DNA from: Squalus acanthias
Lineage: Eukaryota
Assembly (NCBI GenBank): GCA_030390025.1
Contig: CM059431.1
Span: 110,672,001 to 110,736,000 of the forward strand
DNA length: 64,000 nucleotides
Reading direction: 5' to 3'
Made by a program: the position numbers and the translations under genes. The notes below the pieces were generated by a model. It ran no database searches. It was given only the letters and a program-made list of their open reading frames with translations, and was not told the DNA's origin. Positions 1 to 11,659 of the stretch are shown piece after piece. Each line of letters starts with the position of its first letter. Within the stretch, counting starts at the first letter, position 1.

Positions 1-212
1 TCCCTCCCTAAAACTCACCACTTCTCTACCTCTGTCTCCTCCTTTAAGATGCTCCTTAAAAACTACCTCTCCGACCAAGCTTTTGGTCACCTGCCCTAAT
101 ATCCCCTTATGTGGCTCGGTGTCAAATTTTGTTTGATAATCGCTCCTGTGAAGCGCCTCGAGACATTTTACTACGTTAAATGCGCTGTATAAATACAAGT
201 TGTTTTTGTGGT
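1..212 (+). mobile_element. L2-clade LINE 3' end fragment
   Basis: Encodes the degenerate ORF2 C-terminus (SLSSFKxLLKxYL-type) and ends in the gcgctgtataaatacaagttgtt tail shared with many other copies in the window. Confidence 0.7.
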
Positions 213-415
213 TGTAGATAGATACCAAAATTAAAATAAATATACCCTTGTAGAATTGTTATGCATTCTGTATCATCTACCCTAAATAGTTAGTAAATCA
301 GTTCTGGCTCATTGTCATTGCAAACACGACAACTGCACTTATCTCAATAATATCTAAAATTAAGTTAATTGTTCAATTTGTGAACTGTGCTGAATTAGCA
401 TAAATTAGGGACTGC

Positions 416-600
416 GAGATAGATTGTGACTTTGTACGATAGTGTAAAACGAGTGATAGCAAATCAGCAGTCCACTTTACAGCTCCCCTCATTTTTATTT
501 CTATTGAAGTCAATGGAAATAAAATCAGGAGAGATGTAAAATGGGCTGCCGACTCGCTAGCGCTCCCTTTACGCCATCTCACAAAGTCAAGAACTACCCC
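416..600. mobile_element. Palindromic fold-back MITE, about 185 bp
   Basis: Arms 416-507 and 510-600 are imperfect reverse complements around TATTGA-AG-TCAATG. Confidence 0.65.
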
Positions 601-959
601 AACGTCTGTGGATGCTGAGCGAGAACTTTCACCCATGGATACTATCCTGGCTCACACTTGAGCAATGCACAAAGCACCCTCCATGGGGCAATAAACCCAG
701 GACAGATGGGAGGGAAAATTGGAGGAGAAAAATAAATTTAAGAACTAACCCTTATTACAAGATTGACTATGGGAGCAACAATACAAGCATGTATCTAACA
801 CATCTTCTTATGGTGTTTTAAGATTCCTCCATTGGAGAAAGTAACCAGGGATCACCATGTATCAGAGCTTTACAGTGAAGTGCAGTGTTTTTAATCACAC
901 TTGATGCAAAAATATCTTGTGATTGGAATAGAAAATACAATTGTGAGCAATTTTTAGTG

Positions 960-1154
960 ACCTGGGGCTGTGGGTGCTCAGTCGTTGAGTACTTTCAAGA
1001 CAGAGGATCAATAGATTTTTGGATCGAAGGGAGTCACGGGATATGGGGATAGTGCAGGAAAGTGAAGTTCAGGTAGAAGATCAGCCATGATCTTATTGAA
1101 GAGCTCGAGGGGCCGTATGGCCTACTCCTGCTCCTATTTCTTATGTTCTTATGT
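960..1154 (+). mobile_element. CR1 (HER1-type) LINE 3' tail fragment
   Basis: agatcagccatgatcttattga...ggcctactcctgctcctatttcttatgttcttatgt matches the 3' ends of the CR1s ending at 3415 and 60230. Confidence 0.8.
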
Positions 1155-1817
1155 ACATCTCCAAACTTCTTAACCAACAAGAACTTCTGTTCACATATTA
1201 TACATAACAATTAGTATACTTCACTTGCACACTAATATTTTAAAAATGTATGCCGGTCTATTTTTCCAAAAGCTGTGGAATTTTTGAGTCAGCTAGTTGC
1301 TTAGAAAACTATATGGTGGTTGAAAGCAGAATGAGGGATTCTTGAATCATCACATACTTACCATTCAACAACACCAATGATGTTTGACATTTGAATGTAG
1401 TGATACTGAATCTGTAGGAAGCTAAATGATGCTCAAAAGAGGTCAACATATGCCTCCAATATGGAAAAATATTTCGATAAAAGCGAGGAGTCAGTCACCA
1501 GTTACCCAGCAATGTGTTAGGCCGAATTCTTGACCATTTGACCAAAGGAGAGTTTCAGTACTCAATGACTCGAGTTTTGTAGGAAGGCAGACTCAGGAAC
1601 ACCCGTCTCCATAAAGTCATTAGACTTGAATAGGGAGTATTGTAGTAACTCGATGCCAAATTCAGCCGGCTCTGTAAAACCACCAGCCCACCTTAGTCTG
1701 TGCATGGAATCCTGCAGTCAGACTGAATGGAGAGCTTGCTTCATAATACCTGTGACATACATTTGCTATCCCCTGGAGTGGGCAGGGATTTTGTTGGCAG
1801 GAAGAGCCCACTCCTTA

Positions 1818-3167
1818 CCCTTATTTAAAAAGGGCAGTAGACAGAAGGCTGGTAACTATAGACCGGTTAGCCTAACATCTGTGGTAGGTAAAATTTTGGA
1901 GTCCATTATTAAGGAAACAGTAACAGGACATTTGGATAATCATAATTTAATAGGACAAAGTCAGCATGGTTTTACGAAGGGGAAGTCATGTTTGACAAAT
2001 TTGCTGGAGTTCTTTGAGGAAGTAACATATAGAGTGGATAAAGGGGAACCAGTGGACGTAGTGTATTTAGACTTCCAAAAGGCATTTGACAAGGTGCCAC
2101 ACAAAAGATTATTGCTTAAGGTAAAAAATCACGGGATTGGGGGTAATATTCTGGCATGGATAGAGGATTGGCTATCTAACAGAAAGCAAAGAGTTGGGAT
2201 AAATGGTTCATTCTCAGACTGGCAATCAGTAACTAGTGGTGTTCCACAGGGGTCAGTGCTGGGTCCCCAACTCTTCACAATCTATATTAACGATTTGGAG
2301 GAAGGGACCAAGTGTAACATATCAAAATTTGCAGATGATACAAAGATGGGAGGGAAAGTAGTGAGTGAGGAGGACATAAAAAACCTGCAAGGGGACATAG
2401 ACAGGCTAAGTAAGTGGGCAGAGATTTGGCAGATGGAATACAACACTGGAAAGTGTGAGGTGATGCACTTTGGCAGGAAAAATCCTAGAGCAATTTATTA
2501 TCTTAATGGCAAGAAACTGGAGAGTACTGAAGTGCAAAGGGATCTGGGGGTCCTGGTGCACGAAACTCAAAAGGTTAGTATGCAGGTGCAGCAAGTGATT
2601 AAGAAGGCAAATGGAATGTTGGCTTTCATTGCTAGGGGGATAGAATATAAAAATAGGGAGGTATTGCTTCAGTTGTACAAGGTATTGGTGAGACCGCACC
2701 TGGAATACTGCATACAGTTTTGGTGTCCTTACTTAAGGAAAGACATCCTTGCTCTCGAGGCAGTGCAAAAAAGGTTCACTCGGTTAATCCCGGGGATGAG
2801 GGGGTGGTCATATGAGGAGAGGTTGGGTAGATTGGGACTCTACTCATTGGAGTTCAGAAGAATGAGAGGCGATCTTATTGAAACATATAAGATTGTGAAG
2901 GGGTTGGATCGGGTGGATGCGGGGAGGATGTTCCCGATGACGGGTGAGACGAGAACTAGGGGACATAGTCTTAGAATAAGGGGCTGCTCTTTCAAAACTG
3001 AGATGAGGAGGAACTACTTCACTCAGAGGGTGGTAGGTCCATGGAATATGCTGCCACAAAAAGCTGTAGAAGCTACAACATTAATTAAATTTAAAACAGA
3101 AATAGACAGTTTCCTAGAAGTAAAGGGCATTAAGGGTTACGGGGAGCGGGCAGGAATTTGGACATGA
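1818..3167 (+). CDS. CR1 ORF2 reverse transcriptase and C-terminal region, 5'-truncated, no native start codon
   Basis: Motifs PLFKKG..GNYRPVSLTS, QHGF..GKSCLTNL, YLDFQKAFDKVPH, GVPQGSVLGP, KFADDTK and RDLGV; no stops up to TGA at 3165-3167. Confidence 0.9.
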   Translation, partial: PLFKKGSRQKAGNYRPVSLTSVVGKILESIIKETVTGHLDNHNLIGQSQHGFTKGKSCLTNLLEFFEEVTYRVDKGEPVDVVYLDFQKAFDKVPHKRLLLKVKNHGIGGNILAWIEDWLSNRKQRVGINGSFSDWQSVTSGVPQGSVLGPQLFTIYINDLEEGTKCNISKFADDTKMGGKVVSEEDIKNLQGDIDRLSKWAEIWQMEYNTGKCEVMHFGRKNPRAIYYLNGKKLESTEVQRDLGVLVHETQKVSMQVQQVIKKANGMLAFIARGIEYKNREVLLQLYKVLVRPHLEYCIQFWCPYLRKDILALEAVQKRFTRLIPGMRGWSYEERLGRLGLYSLEFRRMRGDLIETYKIVKGLDRVDAGRMFPMTGETRTRGHSLRIRGCSFKTEMRRNYFTQRVVGPWNMLPQKAVEATTLIKFKTEIDSFLEVKGIKGYGERAGIWT

Positions 3168-3415
3168 GTCTAGGTTCGGATCGGTCATGGCCCTGTGGGT
3201 AGTGGAGCGGGCCCAGGGACTGTGTAGCCTGATTCTGCTCCTATTTCGTGTGTGCAATTCTGTTAGATGCAGGAGATGGTTCTGTGATAGATAGTAGATT
3301 GGCGGTTAGGATCAGATCAGCCATGATCTTATTGAATGGCGGAGCAGGCTCGAGGGGCCGATTGGCCTACTCCTGCTCCTATTTCTTATGTTCTTATGTT
3401 CTTATGTTCTTATGT
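1818..3415 (+). mobile_element. Young 5'-truncated CR1 LINE with 8-bp TSD
   Basis: ACTCCTTA at 1810-1817 and 3416-3423; (TTCTTATG)n terminus; uninterrupted RT frame. Confidence 0.93.
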
Positions 3416-3508
3416 ACTCCTTAAAGCCACCAAATTCTGGTCAGTGGAGAGAATTTTGTAGGAAGGCTCAATGCCAGAAATAAACTGCTCTGTAAAACTG
3501 CCATACTC

Positions 3509-3547
3509 GGGGTGGGGGGGGGTGGGGTGGGGGGGGGGTGGGGGGGG
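3509..3547 (+). repeat. Poly-G tracts, potential G-quadruplex
   Basis: Five G runs of at least 4 separated by single T. Confidence 0.6.
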
Positions 3548-5876
3548 AAATCACACTGCAGCAGACATTTGGGGAGATGCATCCCTGGATCTGCACTGGA
3601 ACAGCCAGATACAGCAAATGTTGGAACATTGGGTGGGTCAGTGCACTCGCTTACAAAGGATCCTGTCCGATTTTCCGGTATTCTCTAGGCACGACCCTTT
3701 GCGCTGGGTACAGGTTCTGGAAATTCTCCCCTATTATATCCTGCAGTTCAAATTCTCCTTGGTGGGATTCACACAATGAACAAAAATGAGTTTAGACAGT
3801 CTCAATTTGGCTCCCATTGGGCGTGAATCCACATCAGAAATGCCTACGTTTTGGCAGTCTCGCTTCGAGACGCCAGCAGAGTAGCTGCTGTTGGTAATGG
3901 AAGCATAAAGGGTAATTTTCCTACTTTGCAGTGCCAGAGGTGGTTAATTTAAATGGTTGGAAAATCATTTGCCGCCTGAATTTCTGATACATGATGCTAG
4001 CCAGCAAGGCTAGTGGGTTAAGTAACCGTGTGACACTAACACGACGATGTAGGGCACGCTATGATCAGTGCCAGACAGTCTGTGTCACTCACATCCCAGA
4101 CAGCTTTTACAATCTTCAGTGACGTCTGGCTTAGTTAGAGAATGGACTTTGTAACCACAAAGCCACAAATGTAATAATTAAGCTAAATCAACTCCTGCCC
4201 CTGAAGGGTCAAGAGTTCAAACTAAAATCCATCATTCTAACAGAAAGTGATTTAAAAAAAAAGAATTTATCAGATTTTATCGGAGCTATAACCTCGCCAG
4301 TGTTCACTCCAGTATGGGACAGAGTGCACAGAGTTGCTTAGCATCACAATTGACACAATTGCACTTGATTTTGTAATGTAACAATTTAAAAAAAAATCAG
4401 AGCCTGCCCTTCATCTCGCCAGATTATCAGCAATTGGTGCGGAGGCACCAATGATGCATTTCCCCAGATGGAGGGAAGAAGTGGAGGTTGCACTAACCCT
4501 TGCTGCTGTGCGAAGTTGCTAACAACTATATCAAGCGTGCCGTACCCATGGCAATGAGGGCAGGGAAAGAATGAAACTGCAATAAAATGGGCAGTGAAGA
4601 AAGCTCCCATTATAACAATTTCAAACAATAAGATTGTACTAAATGAAACAGGGTTAGTGTGTTGGCCTTTCATATCTGGGTCTTGGCCAGAACAATAGAT
4701 AAAGTCTCACATATCTGTTGGCTGTAACATACTGTGTCCAATGAGTTTGGGCTGTCTCCACCCAGTTTTTAGTGGACGTGGGCCTATAATAAAGAAAACA
4801 GTCTAGTATATGGCACAAATTGACACTCAATCAGCAATTGCACAGGATGGCTGCTGTGGCAAATAAATAACGTTACTCTGGTGCAGTCGGGGTACTCCTC
4901 TGTGGTGGGGCTGAGAAAGTTTACTCTGCAGTTGACTTTGGTATGCTTAACCTTCTCGTGCTTAACGCCAACATTGGATACCAGGAACTGGAACATCTTC
5001 CATTTCGCAGCAATGATATCCCTCACTTTAAGCATGAAAACAATCCACACACCAAACAGTTCTCAAAACAAACATGAATGAAGTAAAATCGTTTGTTCCT
5101 GTTCCAGCTGCACAGGCAGTTGGAATAGTCAGTAAGGAGCATGACAACTCATTTATAATACAGTACTGCCGCTCTATACTGAACAGTGCCATGACTCAAA
5201 TATCCAGGGACCCAGCTAGTATGACTTTTCCAACTCTCGGGAACTATCGAGGATAGTGCGCCACAGACGCATATTCAATACAAGTCAGGACAACCAACCT
5301 AAAGACTAAAGGTTGCTGCCTCAATCAATGTTAACCAGGCATATTTTCAAATCTGCCTTCAGCTTCCCAGTTCAAACCATGCCTCTGTTTCTTCAGACCC
5401 TGGCAGCTGGTTTCCTGGTACTTAATCATCTGCTACAGGATTTTACTCTTTACATTTACTTGCAAACCCCCAACAATCACAACCATCCTCACTCTCCTGG
5501 GAAATAGGGGATACTCCCTGTAAATCGAACAAATAAGTTAACTGAAAACAATACAAGTGTATTTACAATAACAGGATAGTCTCTGACTATTTAGGGAGGA
5601 TTTCCATTGATATTTACACAGGGTTTCTGTTTAGTAAACTACAGTGTTAAAGTAGCACATTTAGGTGAACAATAAAATGGCTAGCATAACAAATGGGAGG
5701 CCAGTGAATGACTAATCCATTGGACAATGTGCAAGTGTAAAAGTATACACACACAAATGGAAAGAAATCTAATTATAATGCATTGCCTTCCAATAAATAA
5801 ATAAATAATGGTTGTTTTTTTAAATTGTTGGGGTTTTCTCATTTTAACTTTGTGCTCATCAGGATGAAGGATATCA

Positions 5877-5963
5877 AAGGTCATCGACCTGAAACGTCAA
5901 CTCTCTTTCTCTCTCCACGGATGCTGCCTGGCCTGCTGAGTTTTTCCAGCGTTTTCTGTTGTT
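5877..5963 (+). mobile_element. 87-bp Penelope-type short insertion carrying the 3' half of a hammerhead motif
   Basis: 13-bp direct repeat ATGAAGGATATCA at 5864-5876 and 5964-5976; begins aggtc-atc-gacct-GAAA-CGTC; same family as 33435-33599. Confidence 0.7.
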
Positions 5964-6003
5964 ATGAAGGATATCAGTGCTGTGGAACAAACTGGTTTCA
6001 TAT

Positions 6004-6657
6004 TGGCCCAGATTTTGCGGTCAGCGGCGAACGAACGGCACTCGCTGTTCATTACGCTTACAGCTGTCCACAGCTGCTCTTCAACCAGATTGAAGGATCC
6101 TTACCGAAGCACGCAGAGTCTAAACCAGGAAGGGTAAGTTAGAATAGTTAATTCTATGTAAAATAATGTACAGAAAGCAAAATAAAGAGAGGGAAAGAAA
6201 GATGGGATTAAGAGAGAAAGAAAAAAAGTTACAAAAAATTGTCGTTTTTAATTTTTTTTAAATCTTCAACGATAATTAAAATCTGAAGGAATGAGGCTCT
6301 ATACTTTAAAAGTAAATTTTTAGTGCTGGAGAAGTTGTTTGGCAGTAATTAAGACTTATCATGCCATTAAAAATTCACTTAGACTTGAATGAACACATCC
6401 TAACCTTTTCAGGCATGTTCAGTGGGTATCTAGTGGGTAAGTACCACAACTTCTCGCCCTTCATGAGTTTGAATGCCGAATCTCTCAGCGAGGTACCGGT
6501 GTAGCGAAGTTTGTAGAGGAGCGGGGCAAATCGGACAGCAACTTCCTGATTTCCGCGTTTAACTGCGCATGTGCGGAATGCCAGAGGTTGCTGTCTGATC
6601 TACTCCACAATAACGATGAGCGCCGATAGCCTCACCTTTATTCCTACCGCAAAATCT
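6004..6657. mobile_element. Non-autonomous DNA transposon, possibly Harbinger-like
   Basis: Inverted ends agattttgcggt / accgcaaaatct; interior resembles 9446-10454. Confidence 0.45.
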
Positions 6658-8959
6658 TATTTGTACTCCCATTGTACAGCACAGATAAGATAAAGGAATT
6701 AGGCGAGTCAGAATCTAGAGGTCAGGTGGAAATGGCTATTCCTGTTCCCCACTGTATATTGTGTTAACATCAAACTTACAAGCTGAAGGCAATTCAAGAT
6801 TTTTTAATTTCTTTGAGGTGTGCTGAAACCATGAAACAATGAAGGTCCTTGAGATACTCTTTGATGTCATGAAGCAGCTGTTCTGACATTGAAGTAGTTA
6901 TGTGACATATCATAAGACAACATTTTTAGGTCCCTGGGAAAGGAAATGAAGTTCTCCAATTTGGTTTACATTAAACCCTCAATTTAAAAAAATATGCTAC
7001 ACATGTAGAGGGAAAACATCATTCTGTATTCACGTGTGGCTTTTATTTATGTAATGCCTGGGGGAAATTAAGATATAATCTACAGCTTTACTTTCACAAA
7101 TACCTGAACTTCAGCCTCTAAAGCTAAATCCGAAATAAACCGCATGCTCCTCCACAACAGACCATTGCTGTGGAGCAGGAATCTGAAGTAACCGACTGGT
7201 CGGTTTTACTGATGCAATGAACTCATAGCCTCGCCTACCAGCCATCAAGGAGATTGCTAAATACATCAGCATTGTAGATTTTCAATGTTCTCCTTCCTTT
7301 GCCGCTTCATCACCAGGAACTGTACATTTAGCAAAGAATCTTTTTATTTAAAGAAGATGTTACAAACTACAGGTCAGCATTGTTCTATCTGAGCAGCACC
7401 GCTGTGTTTAAATTAGGATTTTTTAATGCAGTGGGGTGGCCATTTAGTGTCGCAATGTGGGTTTGCACTGGTGATCCCCTCGCATGCTGAGTGTCTAATC
7501 CCAGCTGTGCAACCATGGGCAAATACTTCACCACAGGATGGTGTGAAGAGCAGAGAGAGTCGCCTCCGCTTTTTCTGGCCCACTGCCATGTATCTCTTTG
7601 GAGCCAATGTTGGAACGGGTTTTGTACTCGTTTTCAGTAGAATTAACAGGAAGAATTTCATCCCCCTCGATGACATACATTCAACACCACAGGAATACGT
7701 CCAACTATTGTATCTAATATTAATTGGTGACAAACTCGGCAATAGAGACATCTTATTGACTAATTATTCCTCTATAATTTATCATGTTCAAATCTGTCCC
7801 TTTAAAACTCATGGTCTTAATTATTTTGCTTAGTGATTTTTTTTGCCATTTATGTTAGTTGCTCCCTTTTGTTTACATTTTTCATTTTGTTCCCCCCCCC
7901 CCACTCTATTTTTCTTCCTTCCTCCTATTACTTCCATTGTTGTTTCTCCTCACTTCTTTCAGTCTCTCTTATGGTCAGTATCTTTCTCCTCCTTTCACCT
8001 TATTTCTGTTTCCATTTAGTTTCCGTTAAATCACAAAAGGTATTATTTTCTGGTTTTAAACAGCAGAAAAGTTAGGATTGTTTATGTATTGTGCGATCCA
8101 GAAACCTGGAAAATCAATCAAAGGTTTACACGACTGTAAATGACAGTAGCACAATTGTTGGAGTATCCGGGTTGTGGGGGGGGGGAGCGAATGGTACTAA
8201 TTCTCTATCACAATGGAAGAATATACCTGACTCTGCTAAACAATGCAGCTCATTGTTAATTCAAAGCCATTTTGGCACTGGAACAAAGTTTGAATTATCC
8301 AGTAATCCAGATTAAGCAATCTAAAATAGAAGAGGCATTGGACTGAATTAACAGATGATTCGAATTAAGTGACTCCAAATTAAAATGATAGACAATCGTC
8401 ACCCTAAGTCCACCTTTCTCCCATCTTCATTGCTCTGTTGTAGCCCTCTCAAGTAGCATGAAGTTTGTCTTGCAGCGGTGGCATTAAGACACATTTGCTG
8501 TAATATTAATTAACTTTACCTATTTAATTTTCATAGAATTAAATGATTATGGAAATTGTATGGCATTCAACATCAGGGAGTACATTTGGATAATTACTTA
8601 ACTTCTGAGACTTTTGCTTGGTTGCTAGTGCACATAACTGTTCAGGAAATGGGGGAAACCAAACAAGTCTTGGCGAATTATTATACTGTTACTTCCTCTG
8701 GGGCATGAGAATAAAGTTAGGCATTAAAGTGAATTTATAATGGGTAAAAAAAAACAGCGTGGTTTGCGTTTGCACATCAGAAGGTGAAAAGTATGCTGAG
8801 GTGTGAGCTGTCTGCCACCCACCACGGTACTTGAAGCTGCAGAACCGTCTAGCCTGATTCTGTGCCCTTTTTAATATTCTTCACCACAGCCCCAGTTGAG
8901 AGCTGCTAATTCAACAGTGGCCAGAGCTAGAACCTGGGACATTTCTGGTCCTGCCTCCT

Positions 8960-9160
8960 CCTGAGCCTTGCTGAAAAGTGCATGTGTGTGGATGCCAAGG
9001 AATGACAGGATGGAGGAGCTGAGCTACTACATGCACCGTGGTAAAATAGCCTGCCAGCACCCTCGCTGTCTACGCCCCGCTTATGAAGAATGGACACTTG
9101 GGTGAGGCTCTAGAAGGCTGCCAGCATCTGTGGAACTGTACCCAGCATGAGTCAGAAAAT
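8960..9160 (+). mobile_element. Old SINE-like repeat fragment, family C
   Basis: aatagcctgcc...tgaagaatgg...cttgggtgagg...ggctgccagca block recurs at about 16780-17110, 41380-41530 and 53350-53660. Confidence 0.45.
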
Positions 9161-9445
9161 CCAGCAAACAAAGTCTATTTTGGTCAATAGTAGTGTATCT
9201 TGTACATTAAACAGACTCCAGTTTGTAGTTCACTGTATGAACACTAAAATAGAACAAGATGATATGCGTGACCTGTGCAAATGCAATACTTGCTCTGGGT
9301 GTGGTGCACAGGAGGATATCATTACCTCTTGATGAGTTTATGACAACAGTGCCAATTTTAAATGGATAAATATATTTCCATAATTTCAGTCAATTTGCTG
9401 TGCTTGAACCACAGCACTACCTTTCCACTGATGACAATACATATT

Positions 9446-10454
9446 GGGCCGGAACTTGCCAGAGCGGGGCATTTCACAGCATACATCGTTAGTTAGGCTT
9501 CCTCCTGCACCCTTCAGCTCAAAAGATCCTTTGCACCCTAACTTATTGGAAGTGCGAGCCAATAACGGGTGCGGCGAGGGCAACAGGGCATCTGGGACCT
9601 TAGTGAACAACGGGACCAACAGTCTATCTCCTTAACCAATGAGATTTAAGGATTGAGAAATAAACAGAGGAATGACTGAGAAGGAGGGTAAATTAGACTG
9701 GGTGTCTGGAATTAGAGTCAAATCAGGTTCCGAAAGAGAAATAAAAAGAGGGAAAGAAATATTGGATTTAGAGAGTAAAAAAAGACAGATAAAGGAAAAG
9801 AAAAAAATGTAACATTTAAAACTGGGCATTTTTAAAATCTCCAACAACAATTTACTACAGTAAACTCTTTCGTATCCGGCACCTACGGGACCAGGATGGT
9901 GCCGGTTGATGAAAAATTCTGGATAACAGAGAGGTAGGCAATTTTTAACACAAAAAAAATAAAAACCACTGACTAACTCGGCCACCGCGGGAAACTCGGA
10001 CTCGGAAAAACGAGTGCTGGATGGATTCGGCAAGGTTACCGGTTATCTATTTTGCCGGTTATTAAAGAATTCCGGATGATTAAGTGCCGTTTAAACAAGA
10101 GTTTACTGTACATGCAGGAATGTGATTGAACAGTTTAAATTGTCCCCCTTTCTGGGTCAGAAAGGTTGATTGACGGTCATTAGCAATCATTACGTCATTA
10201 AAAGGGTACTTTGTGCTATTATTTACTAGAGTTTAATGGACAATTAATGTGCAAACCCAGCATGTTCTTACAAATAACGGGGAGGCGAAGGGCGAGATGC
10301 CGTTTGTGCGAAGCAAACGGCTGCGCGGCGTAAATTGGCCAGCAAGTTCTGGGGATTCACAACTCACGGCGTATCTCTTAATCGCCTGGACTTGCTGGCT
10401 GATTTGCACGTTAATAACAGCATGCATAGTTATTTTTTCAGCAAGCTCCACCCC
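9446..10454. mobile_element. Decayed non-autonomous DNA transposon interrupted by a pogo/Tigger-like MITE
   Basis: Degenerate inverted ends gggccggaacttgc / gcaagctccacccc; purine-rich interior similar to 6004-6657. Confidence 0.4.
9858..10108. mobile_element. Tc1/mariner-superfamily (pogo/Tigger-like) MITE
   Basis: TIR CAGTAAACTCTT / AAGAGTTTACTG flanked by TA on both sides; related to 49196-49761. Confidence 0.8.
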
Positions 10455-10921
10455 AATATCATTTTTTTTTTGGACAGGGAGCATTTCCGTACTGATTAGG
10501 CAAGGGGTGCTAGCATGCGGAAAGTGGCATTCATTTCATGCAGCCAGCGGAAGCATCGAGGAGTTCCACATCAGGTACAGCAGAGTTTTCAGTTCCCTCT
10601 GATCTTCCCAAACAATGAGCTACGACCCAAAATCAGAATAGCACTCCCTGCTGTGCTACTGGCCTTTGAGAGTGAGATTTCCAATTTAGCGGCAGTTTCG
10701 TACTATGGGCCCACACGTAACTAAAATTTAGGTTGAGCCTAAAGCCACTTCTACATTGCCACTCATTGAGATCAGGTTTTGGGAGACCAGCATCCATGAG
10801 CCACCCCTCCCCACGTACACAATTAAATCTCATTCATTTATCCCGGTGGTACTGTATATTCTCCAGTATTTGATTTTTAAATTTCATTCCCTCTGTATTT
10901 TCTCAGTAATATTGGTCTCAC

Positions 10922-11560
10922 TGTTCGTACGCTATTCTCTGGTGTTTCGGATGAGACGTTAAACCGAGGCCCCGCTTGCCCTCTCAGGTGGACGGTAAAG
11001 ATCTCACGGTACTATTCGAAGTTCTCCCTGGTGTCCTGGCCAATATTTATCCCTCAACCGACATCATTAAAACAAAACTGATTATCTGCTCAGTTATCTC
11101 ATTGCTGTTTGTGGGATCATGCTGTGCGCAAATTGGCTGCCGCACTTCATTCATTAAAACAGTGACTACACTTCAAAAGTACTTCATTGGCTGTAAACGG
11201 TCTGCGATGTTTGTACACTATTCTCTGGTCTTTCGGATGAGATGTTAAACGGAGGCCCCGTCTGCTCTCTCAGGTGGACGTAAAAGATCCCAGGGCACCA
11301 TTTCGAAGAAGAGCAGGGGAGTTATCCCCGGTGTCCTGGCCAACAATTATCCCTCAACCGACATCACTAAAACAAATTATCTGGTCAAGATTACATTGCT
11401 GTTCGTGGGATCTTGCTGTGCGCAAATTGGCTGCCGCACTTCCTACATTATAACAGTGACTACACTTCAAAAGTACTTCATTGGCTGTAAACAGCTTTGG
11501 GCTGTGCTGAGGTTGTGAAAGGCGCTATATAAATCCAAGTTTTTCCTTCTTTCTTTCTTC
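10922..11560 (+). mobile_element. Two tandem 5'-truncated SacSINE1-like (Deu-domain) SINE copies
   Basis: Core tttcggatgagacgttaaaccgaggcccc...gtgcgcaaattggctgccgc occurs twice about 286 bp apart; one L2-like tail. Confidence 0.8.
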
Positions 11561-11659
11561 ACAGAAAGAGATAGGAAACCCTTATCCATTCGTTGAGATG
11601 GATTTGAACTCAGGCACTTGTTACTCAGTCCCCCTCATAATAAGGCTTTATAAATTTTC

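Noticed and set aside
1626..1817. Apparent novel 64-aa N-terminus on the 513-aa RT ORF
   Set aside because: It lies outside the TSD-defined insertion, starts at TTG, and is best explained as flanking DNA open by chance
10976..11248. Recurring short ORFs (also 13195, 23880, 53036) with similar peptides, suggesting a gene family
   Set aside because: All are translations of the same Deu-SINE core in inconsistent frames
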